Source: Promethearchaeota archaeon | Lineage (GTDB): Archaea > Asgardarchaeota > Lokiarchaeia > Sigyniarchaeales > SOKP01 | NCBI GenBank assembly: GCA_011364975.1 | Contig: RDOE01000052.1 | Span: 1-24,026, forward strand | DNA: 24,026 nucleotides | Direction: 5' to 3' | Part shown: in pieces, positions 1 through 8,471 of the stretch | Layout of the letters: each line of letters opens with the position of its first letter | How positions within the stretch are numbered: the stretch's first letter is position 1 | Notes under the pieces: model-generated | The model's database searches: none | What the model was told of the DNA's origin: nothing | Seen by the model: only the letters and a program-made list of their open reading frames with translations | Made by a program: the position numbers and the translations under genes

Positions 1-68
1 ATAAAGCCTACTCAAATCACTAATTAATCTATAAAACTGTATAGAGAATATTTCAATTCCATGAAATT

Positions 69-84
69 AAAAAAAATAAAAAAA
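69..84 (-). terminator. Oligo-T archaeal terminator candidate for heliorhodopsin
   Basis: A-tracts on + (T7-A-T8 on the minus strand) starting a few bp after the heR stop codon. Confidence 0.45.
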
Positions 85-90
85 GAGAGG

Positions 91-909
91 TTATTGCGGT
101 TGGAATATTCCTCCGAAAGCTAACCATGCTAGAATTGTTTTAGCAACTAAACTAAGAAGAATATATACGCGCTCACCAAAAAGATAATCCTTCCATTTTC
201 CTACTCCTTTATATTGAAGAACCATATTGATAGCAAAGATATTAAATAAGAAGACTTGAGTAAAAAAGATATAATATACAAAGTCAGGCGGGGTAGCATC
301 ACCAGAAGTGGCTCCAAAGAAATACCCTACAATCACTATCCAAGGAATTGCTCCAGATATACATCCCAAGATGAAAGCCATCCACTTCGTCTTCTCAGTA
401 TATTGATTAATCAATTCCATCAGGTATCCAAACATTATCATCATTGCATTCAAACCAAAAATCATTAAAAGCGACCATACATCCCAGATTCCGAATAATA
501 AGGCTATGAAAACTATCATAACAGAACTAGAAAATGCATATTCATACCAACGATATGGATTAAAACCCCTTTTTAAATTTGCATTATATCTATTATTTAA
601 TGGATAAGCAATAAGAAAGTGAGCTAATGCAGACATTAATAAAAATGACGCTAAAATTGCTCCTACATATGAAAAAGTAAAAATTACTTGAGGATCGGGT
701 AATATCTGAAAATTGGTTGGAGGTGAGACTAATTCAAACTTTAAATAGAATGTATAAATATCTCTTGAAAATTCCAAAAATGCCCCTGCGGTTAGCATGA
801 GAATTCCTTGTATTAAGTGGAGGATTCCCATATTTCTATTAAATTTTTTTAAATAGTCGAAGGAAATATTAGAAGTAGAAATAATTTCTTGTCGTTCTTT
901 AAAGTTCAT
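91..909 (-). CDS. heR: Heliorhodopsin (HeR)
   Basis: Seven hydrophobic segments. HeR signatures present: TM1 LHLIQG, TM2 SALAHF, TM3 NPYRWYEYAFSSSVM (counterion Glu), TM4 NAMMIMFGYLME, TM7 GERVYILLSLVAK (retinal Schiff-base Lys in SLVAK). Confidence 0.96.
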   Translation of the reverse strand: MNFKERQEIISTSNISFDYLKKFNRNMGILHLIQGILMLTAGAFLEFSRDIYTFYLKFELVSPPTNFQILPDPQVIFTFSYVGAILASFLLMSALAHFLIAYPLNNRYNANLKRGFNPYRWYEYAFSSSVMIVFIALLFGIWDVWSLLMIFGLNAMMIMFGYLMELINQYTEKTKWMAFILGCISGAIPWIVIVGYFFGATSGDATPPDFVYYIFFTQVFLFNIFAINMVLQYKGVGKWKDYLFGERVYILLSLVAKTILAWLAFGGIFQPQ

Positions 910-946
910 AATTATTGCTTGGATACACCCGATTTTAAATTAAATC

Positions 947-954
947 TTTATAAA
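947..954 (-). promoter_or_regulatory. Putative TATA box for heR
   Basis: TTTATAAA 38-45 bp upstream of the heR ATG. The AT-rich background weakens the call. Confidence 0.3.
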
Positions 955-1146
955 TTATTAATCAAAAGTTTTGGAAAACATTGAAATTACGGTTTTTATC
1001 AGATTTTTATTAAATTTTTTTTTAATCTACTTACATCTATAAAGATTGTATTTTAGTAGCTTTATTTTTAAATTATAAACAAAAATTACTTTTTCATTCT
1101 TATATTCAAACTGATCAGTAAATAGTAATAGTAACCATTTTTAATT

Positions 1147-1611
1147 ATGAGCTTCAATTCAAATAAATTACATGTTACTTGCCGTGAATCTTGTGAAGCT
1201 AGAAAAGCACTTCTTCCGAGGAGATATACTCTTACACATTCCGATTCAACTGGCGAGTTATTCTTAACAATTGATTGCGATTATGACAAGGACCAAATAT
1301 CGAGTATTTATACAAGGTTTATGAGAGATGAAGTACTAGCAGAGTGGCAAAGAATCGATGAAAAATATGAATTACACATTTTCTTACACGTTAGTGGAGG
1401 ATTGATTTTCGGATGGGCTAAACTTCGTTTTAAAATCCTTAAGTTTCATTTACCTCTGGTTCTTAAATCTTTAATTTACGGAGATCAAGAACTATTAAAT
1501 AATTTTCCTCAACTAAACGATTCAGATATTATTGTGCACTTTAATTCCAGGAAAATTAAATATCATTCAATTCAACATTATGGTAAAATTAAGGACTATA
1601 AGGGTATTTAG
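1147..1611 (+). CDS. Staygreen (SGR) family protein, putative Mg/metal-dechelatase
   Basis: Family motifs LLPRRYTLTHSD-TGELFLTI, MRDEVLAEW, LHIFLHVSGG, LPLVLKSLIYGD, VHFNS. No transit peptide and no plant C-terminal Cys-rich motif, as in prokaryotic SGR homologs. Confidence 0.92.
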   Translation: MSFNSNKLHVTCRESCEARKALLPRRYTLTHSDSTGELFLTIDCDYDKDQISSIYTRFMRDEVLAEWQRIDEKYELHIFLHVSGGLIFGWAKLRFKILKFHLPLVLKSLIYGDQELLNNFPQLNDSDIIVHFNSRKIKYHSIQHYGKIKDYKGI

Positions 1612-1667
1612 TGGCCAAATTAAAAAAAAAGTTTTATATTAATTAATATAAATTATCGAGCCAAGAA

Positions 1668-2123
1668 TTAAGTTTTATATCTTAAAATAATATTCTTAAG
1701 TTCTTCAGCTTTTATTGGGGTGTATTCTCCTTCTGAGCGCCATAAAATATCTCCTTTCTTAGTTATTAGGAAAAGATATATTGTATTTTCTGATGGAATA
1801 TCTAACGATTTTCTAAATTCATTTTTATTTAAGTATACCGTGATTGTTCTCTTTCGTACACTTTTATCTGGAATTCCAGCTCGCATACCACCATCAATCA
1901 TAAATCTCATGAGTTTATACCCATAACTAAGTGTGGGAATTTCATAATATCTAAAATTAAAGAATTCACTCTCAAGAGTATTTAGAAAAAAACTCCATTG
2001 ATTTACTAAACTTTGATGCCATTGTTTAAAGGGAATAATTACTAAATTTAGAGCTCCTTCCAGATCAGAGGGAATATTAAAATGCTCTAATTCTAAATTT
2101 TTTCCAAAAACATTAGGAAACAT
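1668..2123 (-). CDS. ATP10-like thioredoxin-fold protein (no CxxC)
   Basis: MFPxxxGxNL start, IPFKQWHQSLVNQW, YYEIP, IDGGMRAGIP, YLFLITKKGDILWRSEG. This pattern is typical of prokaryotic ATP10-related proteins. Confidence 0.65.
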   Translation of the reverse strand: MFPNVFGKNLELEHFNIPSDLEGALNLVIIPFKQWHQSLVNQWSFFLNTLESEFFNFRYYEIPTLSYGYKLMRFMIDGGMRAGIPDKSVRKRTITVYLNKNEFRKSLDIPSENTIYLFLITKKGDILWRSEGEYTPIKAEELKNIILRYKT

Positions 2124-2259
2124 TATATCTTATCACTTAAAATATTGACTTTAATATAACCATCTTTAATATAATATTAAAAGCATCTTGTAATGAAATA
2201 TTAGGAAAGGGAAATAATTCCTAATTACAAAAAAAGAAATTTATACAAAGGGCTAATAT

Positions 2260-3318
2260 TTAACAAGCTATTAATTGAGATATGGGAATGGGTTTTATTG
2301 TATTATATGCTTCAATAAGACATTTTTCCGCATCAGATACGATTGTTTCAATTATTTCATTAACAGTTTCTACACTTTCAATAATACCTATACTTTGTCC
2401 CAAGAGTACAGCTCCTTCAATAATATCTCCTTGATAAGTTTTTTCTAAGAGATTTACTTCTTTCACAACTTCAGAAATTAAATTCTCTTCGGAGATTAAA
2501 TTTTCTTGTTTACTGGATATCGCTTTGTGACTCTCTGTAAATTTATTTTTCAAAACTCTCATTGGACCAAAAATTCCCGACACAACTTCAGTATCTGATG
2601 CGTTCGAATTAACAACTGCATTTTTAACATTCTCATGAAATTCGCATTCTCTCGAAGATATAAAGCGTGAACCCATTGCGATAGCTCCAGCACCCATAGA
2701 GATTGCTGACGCGAGACCCTCTCCTGTAGCATATCCTCCAGCAGCTATGATAGGGATATCAGGTAATTTTTTTTTAATTTGCTGAAGTAATACAAGGGTA
2801 CTTATATGATCATAGGATTGATGCCCACCTCCTTCATTTCCAGTTACTACTAATCCATCAATACCCCAATTAGCACATTTTTGAGCTAATTCTAAATTAG
2901 GCACCACATGAAAATGTTTGATTTGAGATCCCGATTCTTTTAATTTTTCGTAATTTTTATTGTAAACCATTTGAGGAGAACCAGCACTAGTAATGATATA
3001 TCTACACTGTTCCAATATTTTTGGGTTATCCATAATAAAACGTGGAATTTGTCTACAAAGTTTTATGGAATCCGGTTGTAATTTTGCTGTTCTTATGTTG
3101 AAACCGAAATTTTTATCTGTATGTTCAACTACATATTGCAGACTTTTTTTTAGTTCCTCTATACTGTTTTTACCTGTTAAATTAACATGGCTTAAAACAC
3201 CGAGACCACCCGCTTCAGATACAGCAACTGCTAACTTAGTGGTATGAAAAGGACCCATTGGTGCACTAATTATTGGATGTTTAATTTCAAGCATCCTTGT
3301 AACATTTGTCTCTAACAT
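2260..3318 (-). CDS. Nitronate monooxygenase / enoyl-ACP reductase II (FabK)-like FMN oxidoreductase
   Basis: HPIISAPMG, LAVAVSEAGGLGVL, GNEGGGH (catalytic His), IIAAGG, MGSRF, GQSIG motifs. Confidence 0.9.
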   Translation of the reverse strand: MLETNVTRMLEIKHPIISAPMGPFHTTKLAVAVSEAGGLGVLSHVNLTGKNSIEELKKSLQYVVEHTDKNFGFNIRTAKLQPDSIKLCRQIPRFIMDNPKILEQCRYIITSAGSPQMVYNKNYEKLKESGSQIKHFHVVPNLELAQKCANWGIDGLVVTGNEGGGHQSYDHISTLVLLQQIKKKLPDIPIIAAGGYATGEGLASAISMGAGAIAMGSRFISSRECEFHENVKNAVVNSNASDTEVVSGIFGPMRVLKNKFTESHKAISSKQENLISEENLISEVVKEVNLLEKTYQGDIIEGAVLLGQSIGIIESVETVNEIIETIVSDAEKCLIEAYNTIKPIPISQLIAC

Positions 3319-3616
3319 AATATATTCACGTTATTAAATTCATTTTTAGAGCTACATTTAGTTTAATTTAAAGGTTATTTATATAAATTGGTAGTTGAAC
3401 AAAATTCATAGAGGCTTTATAAACCTTTTTCGTTCAATCCTACTATAAGAAGTATTAAACTCTTAATTGTAGTAGATCTTTACTACTTTTAAGATATTGA
3501 ATAAGAGGATAAAAGAAAAAAGAAGAACATTGTTGAAAAAACTTTATACTTATCTAATATTAGCTAATAAATCGTAAATATAGATCTAAATCGTATTAAT
3601 AAGGTCATTTAGTAAA

Positions 3617-4867
3617 TTATACTTTAATTTTCTTTATATTTTTTGAAAGAGCTATCAGAAAAGTTAAAAAGATAACCCCTAGAACTACCACAAATCTATA
3701 TATTGCATAAATATCAACCTCAACAACATAGCCTGCTATAATAGGAGTGACCCCAAACCCAATTCCAATAATTATTTCATTAATCGAAGCATATTTGGAT
3801 GTATTTCTGGCGGTACCATATTCAAGCATAATTTTCATTCCTACTCCATGTATAAATCCTAAAAAGAGACCTGTTATTATGGTTATTATTGAGATTAGCC
3901 AGATATTATTCACTAAAACAATTAATAAGGCACATAAACCGATCACACTGACACTTATCAAAGAGGCTAATTTTCGGTTATAGATCCTCATTGAATTAAT
4001 CCATGTTAAGCCTAGTAGTTGAAAGAATTGTAATCCTCCTTGTATTATGTAAGTTAAATAGGAAGGGTTGTCAAACGCTTTCAAAATTACCGGAAAACCA
4101 AAGTTAAGAATCGATTTAGCAATCGCTAAAAACATAATGCAAATCCATGAATAAAAAATAGAATATATTATCATGGGAGTTTGCGAATTAATGCGTAGAT
4201 CTTGTTCGAGATCAAGGTGACTGAGCGGATCCTCTGTTTGATATATAACCTTATTTTCTGTTAAGTTATCTTTATCTTCTTTTTCTAAGAAAAAACTTAT
4301 TGGAATCAACATAAATGATAAAAACCATGATATCAACATAGCAAAATAATCATTCCAATAAAATGCCCACAGAAATCCGATACTTAGGCCAATTATAAAA
4401 CCAGAATTCCAAGAAAAATTGAATTGGGCAAAGTTTTTTTTGGATTTTTCGATACTACTTACTTTCTGCCATTTACTTAACATGCTAAGAGCATTTGGCC
4501 AATATAAGCCCATCGCTAAACCTAATATAATCCGAATCACGAGTAAAAACCATGCTTCAGTGTAAAAAATTTGAACTCCAGTTAATAAGGGGGTTAATAT
4601 ACAATTTAAAATAAGGGCTTTTCGTATACCCAGATATTTAGATGTAATTATCTGCCCTAGTATAGGAGCAAAAATATAAGCAATAGCCCCAGCTGAAGAT
4701 ATAAATCCAAGCGTGCTCTCATTTATATTTATAGTAAAATAAAGATAATTTTGTAAGGCTCTTTCGAATATAGAAACGTAAAATAACCTAATAAACCCAA
4801 GAGCAAATAATGGCCATGCTCGGTAATTATAATTAGATTGTTTGGTATATTTTGACGCTTCCGTCAT
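3617..4867 (-). CDS. MFS transporter
   Basis: 416 aa with about 12 TM segments in two bundles split by a hydrophilic loop. Motif-A-like GQIITSKYLGIRK and RIILGLAMG in TM4. Confidence 0.85.
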   Translation of the reverse strand: MTEASKYTKQSNYNYRAWPLFALGFIRLFYVSIFERALQNYLYFTININESTLGFISSAGAIAYIFAPILGQIITSKYLGIRKALILNCILTPLLTGVQIFYTEAWFLLVIRIILGLAMGLYWPNALSMLSKWQKVSSIEKSKKNFAQFNFSWNSGFIIGLSIGFLWAFYWNDYFAMLISWFLSFMLIPISFFLEKEDKDNLTENKVIYQTEDPLSHLDLEQDLRINSQTPMIIYSIFYSWICIMFLAIAKSILNFGFPVILKAFDNPSYLTYIIQGGLQFFQLLGLTWINSMRIYNRKLASLISVSVIGLCALLIVLVNNIWLISIITIITGLFLGFIHGVGMKIMLEYGTARNTSKYASINEIIIGIGFGVTPIIAGYVVEVDIYAIYRFVVVLGVIFLTFLIALSKNIKKIKV

Positions 4868-4994
4868 AAGCTATGCCTCACATTTTTGAAAGAAAATTTA
4901 ACATAATTCAAATAGTTTCTTAAAATAATAAATTAAGATATCCTCCTCTTGGAATTGAATTATACCTCTAATAGAATGTAAGAAATAAAAAATA

Positions 4995-6098
4995 TTATTT
5001 AAGGAGAGAAATGCGTTCTTCTCGAATAAGTTTTCCAACTTGATTAAGTTCGCTAATTAGGTTATTTCGTTTTTGTCGCCATTGAACTAAATAATTTGTA
5101 AGATTATTTCTGCTATTACGAAGTTGATAAAGCGAATCTTCAGTACGTTCTCTTGTACGACTAATTTTAGCATTACCAAACATGTCAAAGAAAAAATTAT
5201 CAAAGAACATATCAACAAATAAATTCGGGGCCTCAAAATCTATATAAAGATCATCAACAACTTCAACTAAATCTTTTGCACGTCTGACTAAAGACTGAGC
5301 CTGATTAATATCATTCCTTGCACCATTTAATCTACCATGTTTCATAGAATCTACAATAATTCCACCTCTGAAAAACAAATCCCATGTCCCTAAACCTTCT
5401 GCTGATCTTAATTCAGAAAGAGCTCTATCTAAGTGATTTTCAGCTTGCCCAAGTAATAAGTCTGCTTGTTCAAATTGGTTCTGTATTTCATTAACTTTAC
5501 TTAATTCTTCTTGAAAATGATTAGACTGTTGCTCTAATCGCGATAAGCTTTCAGTACTTTTTCCTGCTGTAAGTTGTAAAAGCAGTTTCTCCATTTCTTT
5601 GTCAATTTCAGCAAATCTTAATTTTAAACTTTCTATTCGTTTAATTTCATTCTCAACATTTGCTATCTCATTACTTAAATCGGAGCATTCTTTCCCTACG
5701 TGTTCGAATTTAGATAAAGCATCTAAATATTCCGCTTCTTCCTTTCGTGTTTTTTCATCAATATCTCCACTCAACCGAGCTTTAATTGAAGCAAAACTGA
5801 TTTTTAATAATGAATCATAATCTCTCTTTTCTTTTACCATCATATTACGAACTTGTTGTAATTGATGTGATTTTTGCTCATATGACTGTTTTAAGCGGAG
5901 TAATAATGCTTTTTTTGAGGGTATGGTTGTTAGTTTATCCCTTATATCACTGATTTCATATTCAAATTCGTAATATCGATTTAAACCTTCAGAATAACTA
6001 AATACTTCATTTACTTGTCCTTTCTTAAGTTTAATCCCACAACTTTCGCAATAAATCGCGTAATCATCTAATTTATTACCACAATTATGACAAAACAT
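4995..6098 (-). CDS. Zinc-ribbon domain coiled-coil protein, function unknown
   Basis: N-terminal FCHNCG...YCESCG zinc ribbon, long heptad helices, and C-terminal motifs GTWDLFFRGG and DMFFDNFFFD. Confidence 0.75.
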   Translation of the reverse strand: MFCHNCGNKLDDYAIYCESCGIKLKKGQVNEVFSYSEGLNRYYEFEYEISDIRDKLTTIPSKKALLLRLKQSYEQKSHQLQQVRNMMVKEKRDYDSLLKISFASIKARLSGDIDEKTRKEEAEYLDALSKFEHVGKECSDLSNEIANVENEIKRIESLKLRFAEIDKEMEKLLLQLTAGKSTESLSRLEQQSNHFQEELSKVNEIQNQFEQADLLLGQAENHLDRALSELRSAEGLGTWDLFFRGGIIVDSMKHGRLNGARNDINQAQSLVRRAKDLVEVVDDLYIDFEAPNLFVDMFFDNFFFDMFGNAKISRTRERTEDSLYQLRNSRNNLTNYLVQWRQKRNNLISELNQVGKLIREERISLLK

Positions 6099-6262
6099 TG
6101 GAATAATTTATTCGTTTTTTAAAATTGATTTTAATTAACCAAAGAATATTGGTAATTATAAAACTAGTTTATTATATATATCTCTTGATTAGTCCAATTC
6201 TTATATCATAGATTTATATTCAAGTTTGAGCTTGAAAGCCTAATTCTATGCAAAATTACATG

Positions 6263-6787
6263 TTAAATAGCAAATTTACGATACATTTCATATGCTAATT
6301 TTATAAAAACAGGATCTACATTTGTTCCAATCTTTGCACTTGTCTCAAAGTATTCTATAGCAGAGAGTTCTTTCTTAAGCTGATTAATTTCATCTTCTTT
6401 TATTTTCCTAGAATAAGGATTTAAAAGATCAAGTTTATTTCCTACTAATATATTTGGAATTACTCCTAAATTAGTCTCAATCTCTTCTTTCCACTTAAAT
6501 AAATGCTCAAAAGTTTCAATTCTTTTTAAATCATACACATAAACTATACCTTTAGCTCCTTTGTAAAAAGCATAGCGTACCCATTTAAAATGATCTTGAC
6601 CTGCTAAATCCCATACTTGAAGAGTTAACTTTTCTTTTATATCTGGTAATTTAAGGCGTTTTACGAAAAAATTGGATCCAATTGTTCTTTCTGCATCTGA
6701 GATGTACTTTTTACTTAAGTACTGATGAAGAAGTGTTGTTTTACCTACTTCTGAATCACCGACAATACACACCTTAAAGTATGTCAT
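6263..6787 (-). CDS. Rab-like small GTPase (Ras superfamily; eukaryotic signature protein)
   Basis: G1 GDSEVGKT, G2 TIG, G3 WDLAGQ, G4 NKLD, G5 ETSAK, plus Rab-like FYKGA. No C-terminal Cys/prenylation motif. Confidence 0.93.
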   Translation of the reverse strand: MTYFKVCIVGDSEVGKTTLLHQYLSKKYISDAERTIGSNFFVKRLKLPDIKEKLTLQVWDLAGQDHFKWVRYAFYKGAKGIVYVYDLKRIETFEHLFKWKEEIETNLGVIPNILVGNKLDLLNPYSRKIKEDEINQLKKELSAIEYFETSAKIGTNVDPVFIKLAYEMYRKFAI

Positions 6788-7271
6788 CTATTGAGTGCCA
6801 CTCCAATTTTCTATCTTATTTTTGTTAATTAGTTTACCAAAAATCCTTGCAAATGGTTATAATCTTTTAGATTATTGTTTTAATTATAAATTTTGCATAT
6901 TTAATGAGATTATCTAAATTTAAATTATGATATTTAAAGTTATAGTTCTTTCGATAATAAAATTATAACATCTCCTCAATTTGTTAAGGGAATTAAATGT
7001 TAAACTTTAAATATGTATTTTTAATTAACCTAAAAATTTTAGATCTTTTTTGTTAATTCAGCCTTAATTTATTTCCAATTTAAGATATGTGATTCTCTAT
7101 ATCAACTTACTAGATAATCTTAAAAAAATTTTAATGGGGATTTCATTGTGAAGTCTCAGACAAATAAAATTTTCAATTGAATCTAAAATTAAACGTATTT
7201 TGACCCTTGGAATATATAATAGTTCAGTTTTCTACCAGATTCCTTGATATATCTAACTAATTGTGATATAA

Positions 7272-7306
7272 TTATATAAAATATATTTTAAACAAATTAG
7301 CGAGGT
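7272..7306 (+). promoter_or_regulatory. Putative TATA box and Shine-Dalgarno for the surface protein gene
   Basis: TTATATAAAA at 7272-7281 and GAGGT at 7302-7306, 6 bp before the ATG at 7313. Confidence 0.45.
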
Positions 7307-7312
7307 ATTATT

Positions 7313-8350
7313 ATGAGAAAAATAAATTTTAAAACAATTGTTTTAGCGTTTATGGGTATTTTATTTTTCGGTGCTATGTTAGGAGTTGCTATGGCTTCAG
7401 ATGATGACGAAGATGGTGTAGAAGATGAATTTGAAGATGAAGTAAAAAGAACAATAGATTTAGAGATTGAATCAGATAAAATACAAATTGAATCAATATT
7501 ACGCTCAGGTACAACAATAAATAAAGTAGAGTTTGAAATTAGAAATGATACTAATGGTGTTTCAATTAAAGTTGAATTTACTCCAAATTATATTTCGGAT
7601 TCAAATGAATCTCAAATTCAGTTAGAATTTGAAGTAACTTTTAAAGAAATCATAGAATACATTGATGAAAATAATGATGGCTTATTTAATGAAAGTGCAG
7701 ACATAGAAATTCAAGTATATGAATTAAATGATTTTTTATCAACAGAACATACTATATTTGATATCTCTACAGATACTAAAATGCATTATCTTCTAATAAG
7801 TACAACAGATGGGGTATTTAAAGCCCATATATATCTTGTCGAAGAATTCAATTTAGTGAATAATACACTAATTACTCCTAGTGAATCTAAAATAGATGTA
7901 GAAATTAACAATTTTGGATATTTAAACGACTCATCGAGACTTGCTTTATATACAAAATTAGAAGCAGAAACTGAATATGAACATAAAGACGAGACGGAGA
8001 GCGAAGAATTAGGATATGAATCCCATGAAGAGGGTATTTTCACTTCAATGAATAACCACTTCGGATTTTTTAGCTGGAAAGAAAATGCTTCAATAGATAA
8101 TATTTCAAAACCAGTAATGGTGGGAAAAATTGAAGATAACGAGTTTGAACCGGGAGAACAAAAATTATTTTTAAATTATCCAAGAGGAACTCTAATTTAT
8201 CATGATCCAAAATTAGGAATTGAAGGCTTATTAATAAATTCTTCTAATCCTAGCGTAATTTCTGGTTTTACAGTATTTACATTGGTCATTGCTAGTATAA
8301 TAGGGCTCATCGCAACCATAGTATTGATTAAAAGGAAATTTAAGGTCTAA
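7313..8350 (+). CDS. Acidic cell-surface glycoprotein with signal peptide and PGF/Loki-CTERM-like anchor (paralog A)
   Basis: Signal peptide ending AMA|S, DDDEDG and DENNDG Ca-binding-like motifs, many N-x-S/T sequons, YHDPKLG. The C-terminus is ISGF + hydrophobic helix + KRKFKV. Confidence 0.75.
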   Translation: MRKINFKTIVLAFMGILFFGAMLGVAMASDDDEDGVEDEFEDEVKRTIDLEIESDKIQIESILRSGTTINKVEFEIRNDTNGVSIKVEFTPNYISDSNESQIQLEFEVTFKEIIEYIDENNDGLFNESADIEIQVYELNDFLSTEHTIFDISTDTKMHYLLISTTDGVFKAHIYLVEEFNLVNNTLITPSESKIDVEINNFGYLNDSSRLALYTKLEAETEYEHKDETESEELGYESHEEGIFTSMNNHFGFFSWKENASIDNISKPVMVGKIEDNEFEPGEQKLFLNYPRGTLIYHDPKLGIEGLLINSSNPSVISGFTVFTLVIASIIGLIATIVLIKRKFKV

Positions 8351-8357
8351 ATACCAA

Positions 8358-8367
8358 TTTTTTTTTT
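8358..8367 (+). terminator. Oligo-T terminator candidate after paralog A
   Basis: T10 tract 7 bp after the stop codon. Confidence 0.5.
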
Positions 8368-8471
8368 AATTTTTATGAAATCCATCAAAAGAAGCTAGAA
8401 AAGCGAAATTATGATAAAATATTATAAAAAATTTTTTAAATTTGAAAATAAAAGAAATAGTGATTGTCTAG

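Noticed and set aside
1-27. Possible 3' end of a + strand CDS (IKPTQITN-stop)
   Set aside because: Only 8 codons are visible, so it cannot be supported.
6219-6236. TTCAAG-N6-CTTGAA hairpin downstream of the GTPase gene
   Set aside because: A 6-bp stem in AT-rich DNA is expected by chance and has no adjacent T-tract.
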